Part shown: piece by piece, positions 25,941 to 39,212 of the stretch | Layout of the letters: each line of letters starts with the position of its first letter | Position numbering within the stretch: position 1 is the stretch's first letter | Origin: Mesotaenium endlicherianum | Lineage: Eukaryota | Assembly: GCA_009602735.1 (NCBI GenBank) | Contig: WELA01003606.1 | Span: 239,197-303,196 of the forward strand | DNA: 64,000 nucleotides | Direction of reading: 5' to 3' | Program-made: the position numbers and the translations under genes | The notes under the pieces: model-generated | Told to the model about the DNA's origin: nothing | Seen by the model: only the letters and a program-made list of their open reading frames with translations | Databases searched by the model: none

Positions 25941-28317
25941 CTATGAGTGCATGGATAAGCCTTACTAGAACCTGGACAAAATTGAATGCACAGCAAGCTT
26001 GACATAGCAACCTAATCCCCATCCACGTCAGGTCGCTTCAGTTGCAAGAATGGCATGTCAAGGTCGTGCCCTGGATGGAACATAAGATGACCACCAGGCC
26101 AAAAACATCACGTCATGTCCGTGAGCAGATAGAGGTGCACTCTAGAGATTCTGTCAATCCCAATAGATTGCTACAAATCTCTCAGCGGGGTGGAATTAAC
26201 TACTCTCCGTAAGGTGCGACTGGGTGAAGCCCTATCTGATAAGTGGAACTCCTCCAAAGACATCCTCAAAGGTTTGAATTAACAGTGTGTTGCCAGGTCT
26301 TCTATGCCAGTGAATATGTTCACATGGGTGGACACAATTTAGGTCAAAAGGGAGGTCAACAAGCGACAGCAGTCTCAGCACTCATGAAGTCTAATATGGG
26401 CCTAACATATGCAGGCAGTCCTGAAAAAGCGTTAAAAAGTCAGCTGACCTCTGGAGGGCAGGTCGTTCCTCTTTCCATGGCTGAAACACATTGTGCAGAC
26501 GACAGTACAAATTACCCACAATGTGACCAGAAGTCTAGCAGTCAGCATTGAATTGAAAATCCGTCAGCGTCTGAGTACTTCCTATATCACATACATACGC
26601 CTAGCAGTGAGGAGCAGAGCATGTACAAGAAGGTAATACGGACAAACTTTTGCGTTCTCATGCGAAGCTATCTAAAAGCTCTGCCACTGACCTTCCAAAA
26701 AATGGCGCGGCACATGGCGCAAGATGCATAACAGAGCGGGAGAATGGCATATGTATGCCTGTTTGCCAACCTAAGATGCTAGACTGCTAGTTCGACCATC
26801 ATGCCAAGGCCCGTGCCTGAGGGAAGGTGCATAGAACTATCTCACAAGACTGTATCCGATGTGGCCACTCTCGTGAAGAGGAAAATGCTGAAAAATGCAG
26901 ATAAGCTTTCGTCCTCACATGTGCATGCGGAAGGGTTGATGATATTATAGGCGTTCTAGTTGGTGTTGATAGACCATTTTCGAGGACGAATGACGGGGAA
27001 GGAAAGATGTCGATGTCGGTATGAGTAGTTCGCTCCTCCGTCGGGGGCATCCGAATGTCACCACCTTGAAGTACTATGGGGTTGCTGAGTCCTGACCGCA
27101 CACGCAATATTTACAAGCAGCTATGTGCAGCTATATGTGCAGCTATATGCAGCATTGTGTAGGCTAAAGCCTATAAGTGCCCAGTACCCACCTCTACCTG
27201 ACGTACCCTGACGACTGACTTCAGTCCCTGTAATGCACCTGTAAAATGTAGTGCAACACTGCACAGTGCTGCACAGGGGCTGGGGTGCACGGTCCGTCGG
27301 CGACATGGCGTCGTCGTCGACGACATGCCGCTAGTTAACAGGACATACAAAATATCAGACTTGGCTTAAAGTTGGGTGGCATGCAGTAGCCGTCAACAAT
27401 ATCTCAGAAAACATGACCGTTCCTGTTGTCCCGACTCCAGTGGACCGCGACCCGTCATTGCTTGAGGATTCATCACACTGCAATTCATCGCCCCGCTCGT
27501 AAGCTTGTCAACGTCTAGGGTTAACATAGTAGAAGGATTGCCTGCAAGAAAATTTGGTCAATGTGAAGGATGGAAAAAATCATTGACCATGGTCGTGTGC
27601 CTTCCGCCCAGTCCATGCTCATTACGACCAGGGCTGTCAAGGCCTCTGCAACTGTCTGCAACACTCTGCGACAGCTCTGCAAGCCACTGCGATGGGTGGT
27701 CAGGTTGGGCGTGCCTATGTGCATCAGACGCCACACATGTGTCTCCCCACGGACTTCATATTTGGGGTGGTCAACCGCAAGCTTTATCAGAAGACAGATA
27801 ACGTCAGTAAAATTTCGGCCCATCTAGTCCTTTACCCCTAGCCTATATAGGTGCAATTGTGATTTCAAGAGAAGGGCTTCAATAAAATTTCAGTATTGTT
27901 TCTCACTATATTAATATGCTTTTACATTGGAAATAAACAAGCGTATAACATTATATGGCAAGAGAGCAACCGCTCAACTTCAAAATAAAAAGCTTGGAAA
28001 AAGAAGGGACCTGTGACATGTGGAGAGTCGACGCGATGGTAAAATGGGGATTCCAAGGCTCAAGCGACCAGGATTGAAACTTTTATGGCGTTGACTTGGC
28101 CTTGAGTCATTATTGAGTTGCCTTCGAACATTGACTTCAGCGTAAGAATATGTTTAAAGATACGGCAAACATGGCAGAAGGCCCTAACTTCCTCCAAGTG
28201 GTCCCGGGTGGTCCCGGGCTGATCCTGGGGTTTCCTTATCCGATCTATGTAGGCCACGTCAATGTAGTCGATGTGACTGAATCTGAATTGGCTACTACAC
28301 TCTAGATTTTTGGATAA

Positions 28318-29149
28318 ATTGCAAAACTACCACTTTCAAGTTTGTTTATTGCAAAATCTACCACTGCTTTCAAAGTAATTGCAAAACTACCACTCGCACA
28401 TGTAAATGGCGTCCACGTAGACCTTACACAAATAAATGACGTGCCACGCGATTTCGCACGGGACCCTACCTGACACACCACTTCTCTGTTTCGTTTTTAA
28501 AATCTTCCACCATCACTCTTCTAACTAATCCCCCTTCACGACACAAACTGCCCCAGGCCGCCAAAAAAATGGCCCACAATTATTTTTCATATCTTTGCAG
28601 CACGACGTAAGCTGCTACATGCGCTTAGGCACGTAGACAAAGCATGGCAATTAAATTGGCAACGCTTGTTAGCGCATCACAGGCAATCACAAAAAAGAGA
28701 CACTAGTGTGTCCGCAAATTTGCGAACAATGGTCGAGAGAAAGGAGGGGAGTCAGGCGCCTCCCTACAGCTCAATCATACTGGTTTTGCTAGCGTAGCAA
28801 GTCAACTCACTGCGATCAAACTAGTTCAAATACATGCAAACTTCATAAACAAGTCCGAGAGCGGGCAGGCTAAGCTCAGTAAGGCGGACGCGCGTGAGCT
28901 CAGGCGAAACTTCAAGATCGAGGGTGGGCCAATTGGGGTCAGTTAGAAATGTGGTTGTGGAAGATATGAGAAACGAAACAGAGAAATGGTGTGTCAGGTA
29001 GGGTCCCGTGCGAATTCAAATGGCACGTCATTTATTCGTCGAATGCCTACGTGGACGTCATTTACATGTGCGAGTGGTAGTTTTGCAATTACTTTGAAAG
29101 CAGTGGTAGATTTTGCAATAAACAAACTTGGGATTGGTAGTTTTGCAAT
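28318..29149. mobile_element. Non-autonomous foldback/MITE-like DNA transposon with ~210-bp terminal inverted repeats
   Basis: ATTGCAAAACTACCACT...CCTACCTGACACACC at 28318-28530 is mirrored at ~28940-29149; no coding capacity. Confidence 0.75.
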
Positions 29150-29222
29150 CTACCACTGCTTTCAAAGTAATTGCAAAATTACCATTGGCACATGTAAATG
29201 AGGTCCACGTAGGCATGGAATG

Positions 29223-30082
29223 AATTGCAAAACTACCACTCGCAAGTTTGTTCATTGCAAAATCTACCACTGCTTTCAAAGTAATTGCAAAACTACCACT
29301 CGCACATGTAAATGACGTCCACGTAGGCCTTACGCGAATAAATGACGTGCCACACAATTTCGCACGAGACGCTACCTGACACACCTCTTCTCTCTTTCGT
29401 CTCCAAAATCTTCCACCACCACATTTCTAACTGATCCACCGCCACAAAAAAAACTGCCCAAGGACGCCACAGGTATTTTTTCAAACCTAATTCTTGCGCC
29501 TTTATTTTTTGAACTCTGCACAGTCACATATTATATTCTTCGAATTCCCTGCTATTTCGGGTAGGAACAGAGTCACAACAACATATTTTGTGGCGGCTCA
29601 GCAAAGGGGTTAGTTGTAGTAGTGGCACATTGCACTAGGTTGCCTGTGGCTATTCTTTCCTCTTTCTAAGCATGCCGCACCTTTTTTAACTGTGCAACCA
29701 TAGAACTGAAGGACGAAGGAATTTAGTTACACTTGTACTTGGATGGAGAAGGAATGTAGAGGTAGTAAGCAACTTCACCCCCCAAGCTTCATCCACCTAG
29801 ACTTAACCACCATAAAAAGTAGCTTGTTTTAGCAATGGGTTAGGCTTTGGGTTTGCATCCACTTTTGCTAAATTAGGTGAGTATCGAGTACACAGAAGGA
29901 GTGAGGTATATAGCGAGAAGTGTGTCCACCCAAACTTTTGGGTCTTTGGACAATTTCGTTCGTGCAGGTGGGTCAGTTGAAACTTAGAAATGTGGTGTTT
30001 GGAAGATTTTGGAGACGAAAGAGAGAAGAGGTGTGTCAGGTAGTGTCTCGTGCAAAATTGTGTGGCACGTCATTTATTTGCG
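29223..30082. mobile_element. Second copy of the same MITE family with a truncated right TIR
   Basis: Left TIR at 29223-29450; partial inverted TIR at ~29970-30082; a short third TIR fragment at 29150-29215. Confidence 0.65.
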
Positions 30083-30980
30083 GGCCGAATGGGTCACTTG
30101 ATAGTGCCGTCATGTTGTCCTAGCCGGAGAGGCACGTCAACTCGAGATTTAGTTCATGAAATGAATTGACTCACCAAATAGGCGATTAACAATTAATGAA
30201 GATCTTCACCAAGTAATCTTTATGGTATTTTCTGTTAATTGATTAAACAGCAAAAGACAACACACTAGCAGTGGACAATACTCGCAAGTCAAATGCAAGT
30301 AAACTAGCATCAATAATGGAATCAGTAAACTCATATATAAGCAAGGCTAGAAGACAGTGCATATCAACGGCTTCTCGCCTTGGATTCATATATCTCTCAG
30401 TAAGCTGTAGAAGAGAGTTGGCCTCGTTTCTAAATGCCAAACTCGAGAGTAATGCCCGCCATATGTACATGGAATGAGTTTACTGTTCAACGGCCAGTGC
30501 GATGGCACCGCCTACCTGGGAGTTGACCACGTTGGTAGGACCTCGGTTAACCAAATCCACCACCATCTCCCATCATCCCGAATCGCCATCCATCCTAAGG
30601 ATGTCATCTGGCCATTCATCTAGCATACCACACTTATATGCATATCTCGGCAATTCGCTGCTACCGAGTACAGAAGTCAGCTGGCTGTCAAAGAATGTGT
30701 CAACAAGCTGACCTATGTTGACTTCAGCCTGCTGCTCTTGGCCGAGTTATTATACTGATTACTACTTAAAGTCCAGCACACTGAATATTAACTAAAGTCT
30801 AGCAGATTGAACATAATTAACTATTCTATTTGAATGAATATTATATCTACCAATATACTGATTCATTACAATCCCTCCAACTTAACAGGTTGTCTACTCG
30901 ACAACACTGATTAACAATTATTTACAATTCCGCAAGGCACATGCAACACAAAAGCAAACTGACTTAAACGAAGATAGCAA

Positions 30981-32584
30981 CTAAGTACCCGGGGCTTTGT
31001 CTCCTGGGGAGCGAGACTTGGAATTGGACCTTCTTCTCCTGGTTGATGGCCTCCTGAACTCTGGGGGCTTGGACCCGGGTGAACCCAAGGGTGAGCGCAG
31101 CAGCTGGGCAGTGCTCTCTTGCACTGTTTGCAAATTTATGAAGACCGCTCTTTCCTGTGCAGCTCTTAAGCTGACAGGCACATACACTGGCATCCCGAAG
31201 GGGTGCTGCATGACATGGGATAAGGGCACATGTCGTCTGCTAGAAGGCGATGCTGGTTGCCCTCTGGCTGCCTCCTTAGCAGCCCTCCTGTTTGCTCTGT
31301 CTGACTGAGTCTTCTTCCCGGGGTGGGACTCCTCCAGCTAAAACTGCCCAGCCACTGGAGATCTTGATCTCTTGGTGGGCTAGGGTGAGACTTTTTTTCC
31401 TCGTTGTCCTCCTCTCTATCGTTCGCTTCTTCCTCATCCTCGTCCTCCTGTTCCTCTGAAACCTCTGGAGTTTCTCGGGTCATTTTTTCTATTCGCTCCC
31501 GAGAAAATGAGTATCCCACTGACCTCCCCCTTTTGGGTGCGGGTGGGGGCTGCTGGATCCTGACCGCATAAAGGTCCTTCTCCCCTTGCTTACTTGCCCA
31601 TTTAGCATAAGCATGCTTTCCTTTGGAGAAGGAATTCCTGGCCCTAGTCCTATCCTCCCGTGTCTCCGGGCACATGCAGTCTCTGACCCCATCCAGTCTT
31701 GGGTCCCATACTGCAATGTGAGGTGGCAGCAGTATCTTCCCCTGCAAGTCTGCCAAGAAATTGTATTTCTTGACCCTGTCGTTGTGCTTGTCCTTGATGT
31801 TGATAGTCATCTAGCGCCAGTCCGTAGGCTGTAGAAAGAAAGCAGGGTCCGCCCTCTTCAGGGTGCAGGGGTACCAGTGCCCCGAGAAATCTAGCTGACT
31901 GGTCTCTCTGGCTAAGAACTCCCAGCTTCTTCTCTCCACCTCGTTGTACATGGCCTTGAACCGGTTGTGGGCAGTGGCATCCTTGAAGCTATCTGGTTGC
32001 ATAGGGATCAACCTGATGGCCCTGTCTGTGCCCCAGATGCCCGGTATTGGCACAGCTTCAGACTCATTCGTCTGGGCCAGTGCTTTGGCCTCTCGGGTAG
32101 TATACTCCACCATCCTAGCATAGTCATGGTACAGTAGCAGCCCTGTGCTGACCTCTGTGTACTTGTCGAAGTTCTTGGACGTCTCCCCCTTCCGCTGCAG
32201 CATGTCCTTCTGCGACTCGCTTCGGCTTCTCTGGGCATATTTGAAGGCTTCCTCCAGAAGGTCAAAGCCCTTGCCCATTACCGTGTAGCGTTAACTTTTG
32301 ATCCTCCTCCGTTCCTCCTCAGCCTGCTGTTTCCGCCTCTCCTCGGCCAACCTTTGCTCCTCTACCTTCTTGGCTTCCTCTGCAGCCTTTTTGTCCTGCT
32401 CCTCCTGTCTCAGCCTGGCCTGATCCTCCTCCTCCTTCTTCTTCTGAGCCTCTCGCTGGAGTCGAAGTCGCTCTGATTCTCGCGACGAGATGGAGGATGA
32501 TTCGATGTCGCCATGGAACTCATTGTACTCAGCCTGTGCCTCCTCGGCCCTTCTATTCCTCTTTAGTTCCGACTTCTGAGTCAT
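30981..32584 (-). pseudogene. Extra ORF of unknown function between the integrase and the 3' LTR of family A copy 1
   Basis: ORFs 32291-32584, 31811-32278 and 31166-31810 share one frame, separated by single stops; a probable frameshift near 31320 continues the reading to 30981. Confidence 0.6.
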
Positions 32585-33074
32585 CCTGCTTAATCATAAA
32601 CACAATGAGGTCAGTGTAGTCATGGTATTATGCACGATCATGGAGGAAGGCGAGACCGTTGCAATGAGCATTATCGAGTATGTACTAGTTGGTGTAAGTG
32701 AACGAGAAGTGGGAGAGTGCTGGAGTGAGGAGTGAGTGTGATGCAGTTCGAGCATGAGAAATGGTTATGGAAGGAAATTTGACAGGTTTCCTAGGTGTTA
32801 GCCTGCTTCTTCCTACTTAACATTCGAGGGTGGGTTGCCTGCCGAGCTGCTACTTTCTAGCACTTCCTGTCAGTCCGTCACTAATTGGCCTTTTCCTGCA
32901 AACTGACTGTCACTTACTTCCTGTTTTACCTCTTGTCAGTCTGTCACTAACGGGCCTTTTCTCGCACACTAACTGTTACTTTCTGGACTAACTGTCACTT
33001 TCTGGCACATTTCTCCTCCAACTTAAACGGAGACAGGACCTTTTGTCACCTTCCCATGTCAACTGAAATGACAG

Positions 33075-34283
33075 TTAGGGGGGTGCCCTAGCCGCCTGAA
33101 AGTGGAACCGTTTCAACGCCCCTTTGGCATTGGTCATATGGTCTTTAAATTCCCAAACATCCCCAGAGGCATTGTAACCCTTCCATCGGACCAGGTACTT
33201 CATGACATATTTAGATGATCGACGGACAGACCGAGCGTCTAAAATCTTCTCGATCTCATATTCCTCAGGGTCACCATCCTTGACAACGGGGACTGGTCCC
33301 GGTTGGACAGGTAACCGACCTGTGAACAGTGTGTCACCTTTGATGTACAGTTCCAGGAAGGAGACATTAAAGACTGGGTGACCCTTGTATTCCGCTAACA
33401 AGTTGAGTCTGTAAGCATTCTGACCGACACGGCGCACCACCGAATATGGACCAACCCAGATTGGACCAAGCTTTTTCTTGACCACACCAGGCAGGTACAG
33501 GTGTTGAGAATGCAGTTTGACGCAACCGCCCTTAGAAAATGTCAGCTCTCGACCGTGCTGATTAGCATATTTTTGTTGATTTTCCTGGGCTTTGTGCAGG
33601 TTCGTCTGGAACTATGACAGCGTGTCAGCAAACTTTTGGAGAGACACCGGATTGTCAATCCCCACAGGGTGAGTATAAGACTCCCCTAGCACATTTAAAG
33701 GAGACTTAGGGACTCTACTCAGACTGAGTTCAAAAGAGGTCTTTTCCATTGACGCGTGCACCGCACTGTTGACCGCAAACTAAATTTGAGGCAACAGGTC
33801 ATCCCAATTATCTTATTTTTGGTTAATATATGCTCTCGGCACCTCTTGCAGAACTCGATTAGTTCTTTCAATCTACCCATCAGTTTGAGGGTGATTTGCT
33901 GTGCTGAGCAGCTGTTTGACTCCCATTAACCCCATTAAAGCTCTCCAGAACTTAGAGGTAAATTTTGAGTCTCTGTCTGAGATGATATTTAAGGGTAACC
34001 CATGTTGGCATACTACATGGTTGTAGAACTGTCTCGCAATTTCGAGTGCAGTGACTTTGACAGTTGGACAGTTGGTCAGTTTATCCACGACTGCCAGTAT
34101 CGAATCATGCCCATTGGCAGTTCTTGGTAGTGTTCCCACCCAGTCCATGGAGATTGTTTCCTAGCGTCCAGCTGAGATGGGCAGTGGTTGTAAGAGACCC
34201 CTCGGTGGTGTGTGCCTAGACTTATTTCTCTGACACTGACCACAGGACTTGTCATATTTCAAGACCTCCCGAGGCAACCCATC
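33075..34283 (-). pseudogene. Integrase plus chromodomain of family A copy 1 (degenerate)
   Basis: CxxCQRNK, MDWV...VVDKLT...IISDRDSKFTSKFW...HPQTDG, GPY, and YEIEKILD...YLVRWKGY. Confidence 0.9.
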
Positions 34284-35010
34284 TGTAAGGTTATGAAAGT
34301 GTAATTTGTATCCTTCTAGCATTCTATATGCACAAAGTGTGATTTTAGAAGAACTTTGGCATTTATTCTCAAGTCATTTGGACAAGTATTGAGAAAGTTA
34401 TGAATTTTGGAAGCTTTTAGTGAGTTTTTACTGTCACAGATTCAATTTAGCGACAAGGACAGATCCAATGACGAAAATTTCGGTTGGAGGTCAGGAAGTG
34501 GGACATTGAATTATGAGGATTCCAGAAACTACGTGCGATTACGTAGAGTTCCAAAGTGATTGTGGAAATTCTAGAAACTCCGTGAGGAGTTAGTGGATTG
34601 TGTAGTAGAAATTTCTAGAGAGTGATTGTGTGCGTGTGAGTGTGCTAGCTTGTCCAACTAGGCAAGGTCACCATCATGGAAGGAGCCATAGTAGAAGGTT
34701 CTGGAGGTACTTTGCTACAGAGGACACTTGGAGTTGAAGCGTAAATAGGAAGCACAAAGAAGGAGAGGGGGCCTAGTCTTGTCTAGTCTAGTCTAACCTT
34801 CTTATCTTGTACACGACTTTTCTTGATCAAGTGAGTTCTTCTCCACTCCTCTCTCATGCAACTCTCTCTCTCTTGCAAGGGTGGCACACCACCAGGCCAC
34901 TCCACCTTGTGTCTGCAACTAGGAAAGGTCCTCGTGCACGCTTCCACTCGCGGGTGAGGGTGCGTGAGTGTGTAAGGGGCGTACTCCCCGCACCTCTTCC
35001 CCATTTCACA
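34284..35010 (+). repeat. LTR family B copy, tail-to-tail with an inverted copy
   Basis: TGTAAGG...TTTCACA; homologous in reverse to 39622-40334 and 35011-35620. Confidence 0.8.
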
Positions 35011-36955
35011 TGTGGTGTGCCACCCTTGCAAAAGTAAGAGGGCTACATGAGAGAGGAGTAGAAAACAACTCACTTTATCAAGAAAAGTTGTGTACAAGAT
35101 AAGAAGGTTAGACTAGACTAGACAAGACTAAACCCCCTCTCCTTCTTTGTGCTTCCTATTTACGTTTCAACTCTAAGTGTCCTCCCTAGCAAAGTACCTC
35201 CAGAACCTTCTACTATGGCTCCTTCCATGTAGGTGACCTTGCCTACTTGGACAAGCTAGCACACTCACACGCCCACAATCACTCGCTAGAATATTTCACT
35301 ACACAATTCACTAACTTCTCACGGAGTTTCTAGAATTTCCACGATCACTTTGGAACTCTACGTAATCGTACGTAGTTTTTGGAATCCTCATGATTCAATG
35401 TCCCCCTTCCTGGACTCCAACCGAAATTTTTGTGACTGGACCTGTCCTGGTCACTAGATTGAATTTGTGACGATAAAAACTCACTAAAAAATTCCGAAAT
35501 TCATAACTTTCTCAATACTTGTCCAAATGACTTGATAATAAAGGCCAAAGTTCTTCTAAAATTACACTCTATGCATATAAAATACTAGAAAGATACAAAT
35601 TACACTTTCATAACCTTACATCATCTCCCTCCTCAAGATGCGACGTCCTCGGCGCATACTAAGCATAAGTGACGTCATATGAGATATCGAGCTCACATAT
35701 ATGCTAGAAAAACACATATACACATATATTACACAAGTTGCAGGTATTGAACAGGCTCCAGGATGATAATCATTACTCCAAACTTGCTCCACTTAGTAAA
35801 AGCTCCATCGCATACATTGGCTCCACACATGGTGTCTCCTAACACAAGTGCATTTTCTCTTCAAGTCCTTCGTCTTGGAATAGGCCAATATCTTCATAAA
35901 GGCTGTCACATACTCCCTCCATCATCTCCACATACTTCAAAGCTGGATCCAAGTCATAATAATTCGCCGAATCGCCAACATACTCATTCTTCGCCCTCTT
36001 GATCAAGTGGCAACTCCTCGTCGCGCCATGTGTCTTACTCGTGGTGCTCTTATAAATTTGACCAGATTACACCATGAACCTGACTCCACTATGTTCGTGA
36101 ACCTTCTGGTAACCTTAGCTACCTCTAGCTCTAAGCCATACTCCTTGTAGAGGTATTGCACTCTCTCACTCGTGTGCGTGACTCGTGGTGACCTCTCAAG
36201 ACGCCAAGTGGCATCCCCCTGACTTTTTCTGACATTTTTAGCCTGAAAGTTGTGTAATCTACATAATATCTCCCCTCTAAACCCACTGATATGCTTTGCT
36301 TCTCCTGATTCCAAGCCTAAGACCATGAAATCAGATTGTGCCTTGCCTCACACATGTGGCTCTCACGACAGTCCAGCAGATCGCCATGTGGCACTGTCAG
36401 GACTTTAATTAATATTTTTAAAAAAATTCACTTTTTCTAAATTTGAACCCATAGGACTACCTCTCCACAAAATTTTAGAATCTGAATCAAGTCTAACACT
36501 CAAACGAGATTGTCACTTCGTGCCTCACGCTCGTAGGACACACACGCGCGCAACACGTTTCAAGCTCTCGCGCCTACAAATGGCACATGCTTAAACCCCT
36601 GATTCTGAAACTTGAGTATAACTCAGGGCAGGTCTTATACTAGGCCTCTCACATCATGTAGGACTCCCAGTGAAAATATTACCCACTCTCTCCTAAGTAG
36701 GCAAAAAGTAGCCAAAATCTGCACATTTTTACCTTTGCGCTTGCCTACCCGTAAGACCCTTAAACATGGACAGATTTGAGTGTCTCCCAAGCTCTTGCTC
36801 TCAAACTTCTTTTTACTTCACATCTCTTAGTTACAAATGAACTCATGGGACTGGTTTGACCTTCCTTACAAGCACTATAAACAACTATAACACTCCCCCC
36901 CCTCATCATGAAGGTAAGGCGCTTACCACTCGAGTATCCAAGTCCAGATTTTACA

Positions 36956-37700
36956 TGTAAGAACATAGGTTTATAAAGTGCATTTTTGAGCTTCATGAAC
37001 GTATTTTTTGATTGCATGGAACTGTAGAGTGCATTTTTGTGGTCATTTTGATGTAAAGTTCATCAAATTTGGTTAAGTATTGAGAGAGTTACGGATTTCC
37101 AAAATGTAATTAGTTTTGAGGTCGGTTGACGATTGTCCTTAATTTGCGGTGAGCGCGACCGTCGGATTGACCGACAGCGTCGAGCGATCTTGCCCGTTAG
37201 GGTGAACTTCAACCTTCACGTAAGTTCGGCTGACGCGGAGTGCCGACTAGGTCAATTTACCTAGAAGTTTCGAGTTAGTCTAGCGCGTCTAATATGAAAT
37301 ATTCTAATAATGTCGATGCATGTATGTGGACGTCAATTCGGCCCGACACGTCAGATTAGCCTGATCTGGCTTACTCACGAATATTCTGGAAGGGACGATT
37401 TGACAAACACTTAGGAAAATTCGTAGCTTCCTCCTAAATAGGAGCACTTAGGCAGAAAATTATAAATAGGCATAACTTCTTTGTTTCTTATCAGTGTTCA
37501 ATTATGTAAATTTTTTACGGGTTGGTAATGACAAGGCCTTTCATCCTACATCATTTGTGAGCAATTTCTTGCTACTCAAAATGTTGAGTATTTTTCCTAA
37601 GCTTTCCTAGTGATACGCTGCTGCACTCTTTAGTATGATTGCAACTAGTTCCTTTCCTCGTGAGTCACTACGCTTCCACTAGGGCACTCTGCCCCCTTTA
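36956..37700 (+). repeat. Solo LTR, family C
   Basis: Homologous to 51687-52430; flanks TTACA/TTACG (TSD with one mismatch). Confidence 0.85.
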
Positions 37701-38494
37701 TTACGCCTCTCTCTTGCTTGCTTGTATAGGCGCTGATTCTCCTAGCTTGCTGTCCAAATCCTTGTCATATATCTCCGTCTTGAGTGCACTCTAGCCTTGG
37801 TTACCCCAATGACACTTCTTACTATTAAACCCAGCTTGCCTTGGTGCTCTACTTTCACATGACGAGCTTCCATATACGCACCAAAATCTGCCCCTTAAGT
37901 ATGCCAACACACAAAAATTGGCACACGCACTTCTAGTGAGAGACATCTCTTGCACTAACCCTCTTGCACCAACTTCATATCTTGCTTCTTCTTCCACACC
38001 ATAGGCTTGTCTTCTTCATAACTCTCAACTCCATATTAGTCTCCTCCTCAAGAAAAGAGAAATCTGAACTTGAAAGGCTCCATATCCACCTTTTTCCCTT
38101 GAAGAAAAATTTGCATCACTTCTTCTTGCTCCAAGCCTTTTCCATGGCAGTTCTCTTCACTTGAGGCTTTCCCAATCTCCATACATAATGCCAAGCTCCA
38201 TCATGGCTGGCCAATAATATTCAGTGGTTACATAGGAGTGATGCAAGGCAACCCAAATTTGGCCACATACTTGGCCAACTTTGTGCAACACCTCGGTGCA
38301 CCCTCTCTTGAGCTTCTCATGAGCACCTCTTGAGCTTGCGAGTGCTATGCCCGCCGAAGATCCTAGACTTACATGTACACATGCTTACTAAGTCCCCAAT
38401 TGCCTACTCTTGAAATCTGCTCCACCTTCATTAAAGATCTGAAATAAAGACGGGCACACACTCCTTTCTAGCTACTATTACCTCTATGCTAAGC

Positions 38495-39212
38495 TGTAAT
38501 GAATCAGTATATTGGTTGATCTAATATTCATTTAAATTTAATAGTTAAATAAGTTTAGCCTGTTGAACTTTAGTTAATATTGAGTCTACTGGATTTTACA
38601 AAATAATCAATTTAATGACTCAGCCCGGGGTAGCAGGCTGAAGTCAACTTAGGTCAGCTTGCTGACACATTCTTTAACAGCCAGCTCACTTCCGTACTCG
38701 ATAGCAGCGAACTGCCTAGATACGCATCTAAGTGTGGTGTGCTAGATGCATGGCCAGATGACATCCTTCGGATGGATGGCGATTCGGGATGATGGGAGAT
38801 GGTGGTGGATTTGGTTAACCGAGGTCCTACCAACGTGGTTAACTCCCGGGTAGGCGGTGTCATCGCAATGGCCGTTGAACAGTAAACTCATTCCATGTAC
38901 ATATGCTAGGATTGCTCTCAAGTTCGGCATTTGGAAACGAGGCCAACTCTCTTGCACAGCTTACTGAGAGAGATCTGAATCCAAGGCGAGAAGCCATTGA
39001 TATGCACTGTTTCCTAGCCTTGCTTATGTGTGACTTTACTGATTGTATTATTGATGCTAGTTTACTTCCATTTGACTTACGAGTATTGTCCACTGCTAGT
39101 GTGTTGTCTTTTGCTGTTTAATCAATTAACATAAAATACCATAAAGATTACTTGCTGATATAAAGATCTTCATTACTTACTAATGGCCTTTTTAGTAAGT
39201 CGATTCATTTCA
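38495..39212 (+). repeat. Solo LTR, family A
   Basis: TGTAATGAATC...TTTCA; perfect TSD TAAGC. Confidence 0.9.

Noticed and set aside
28318..29350. CRISPR-like repeat array
   Set aside because: The repeats are internal units of inverted TIRs, without unique regular spacers, and the context is eukaryotic.
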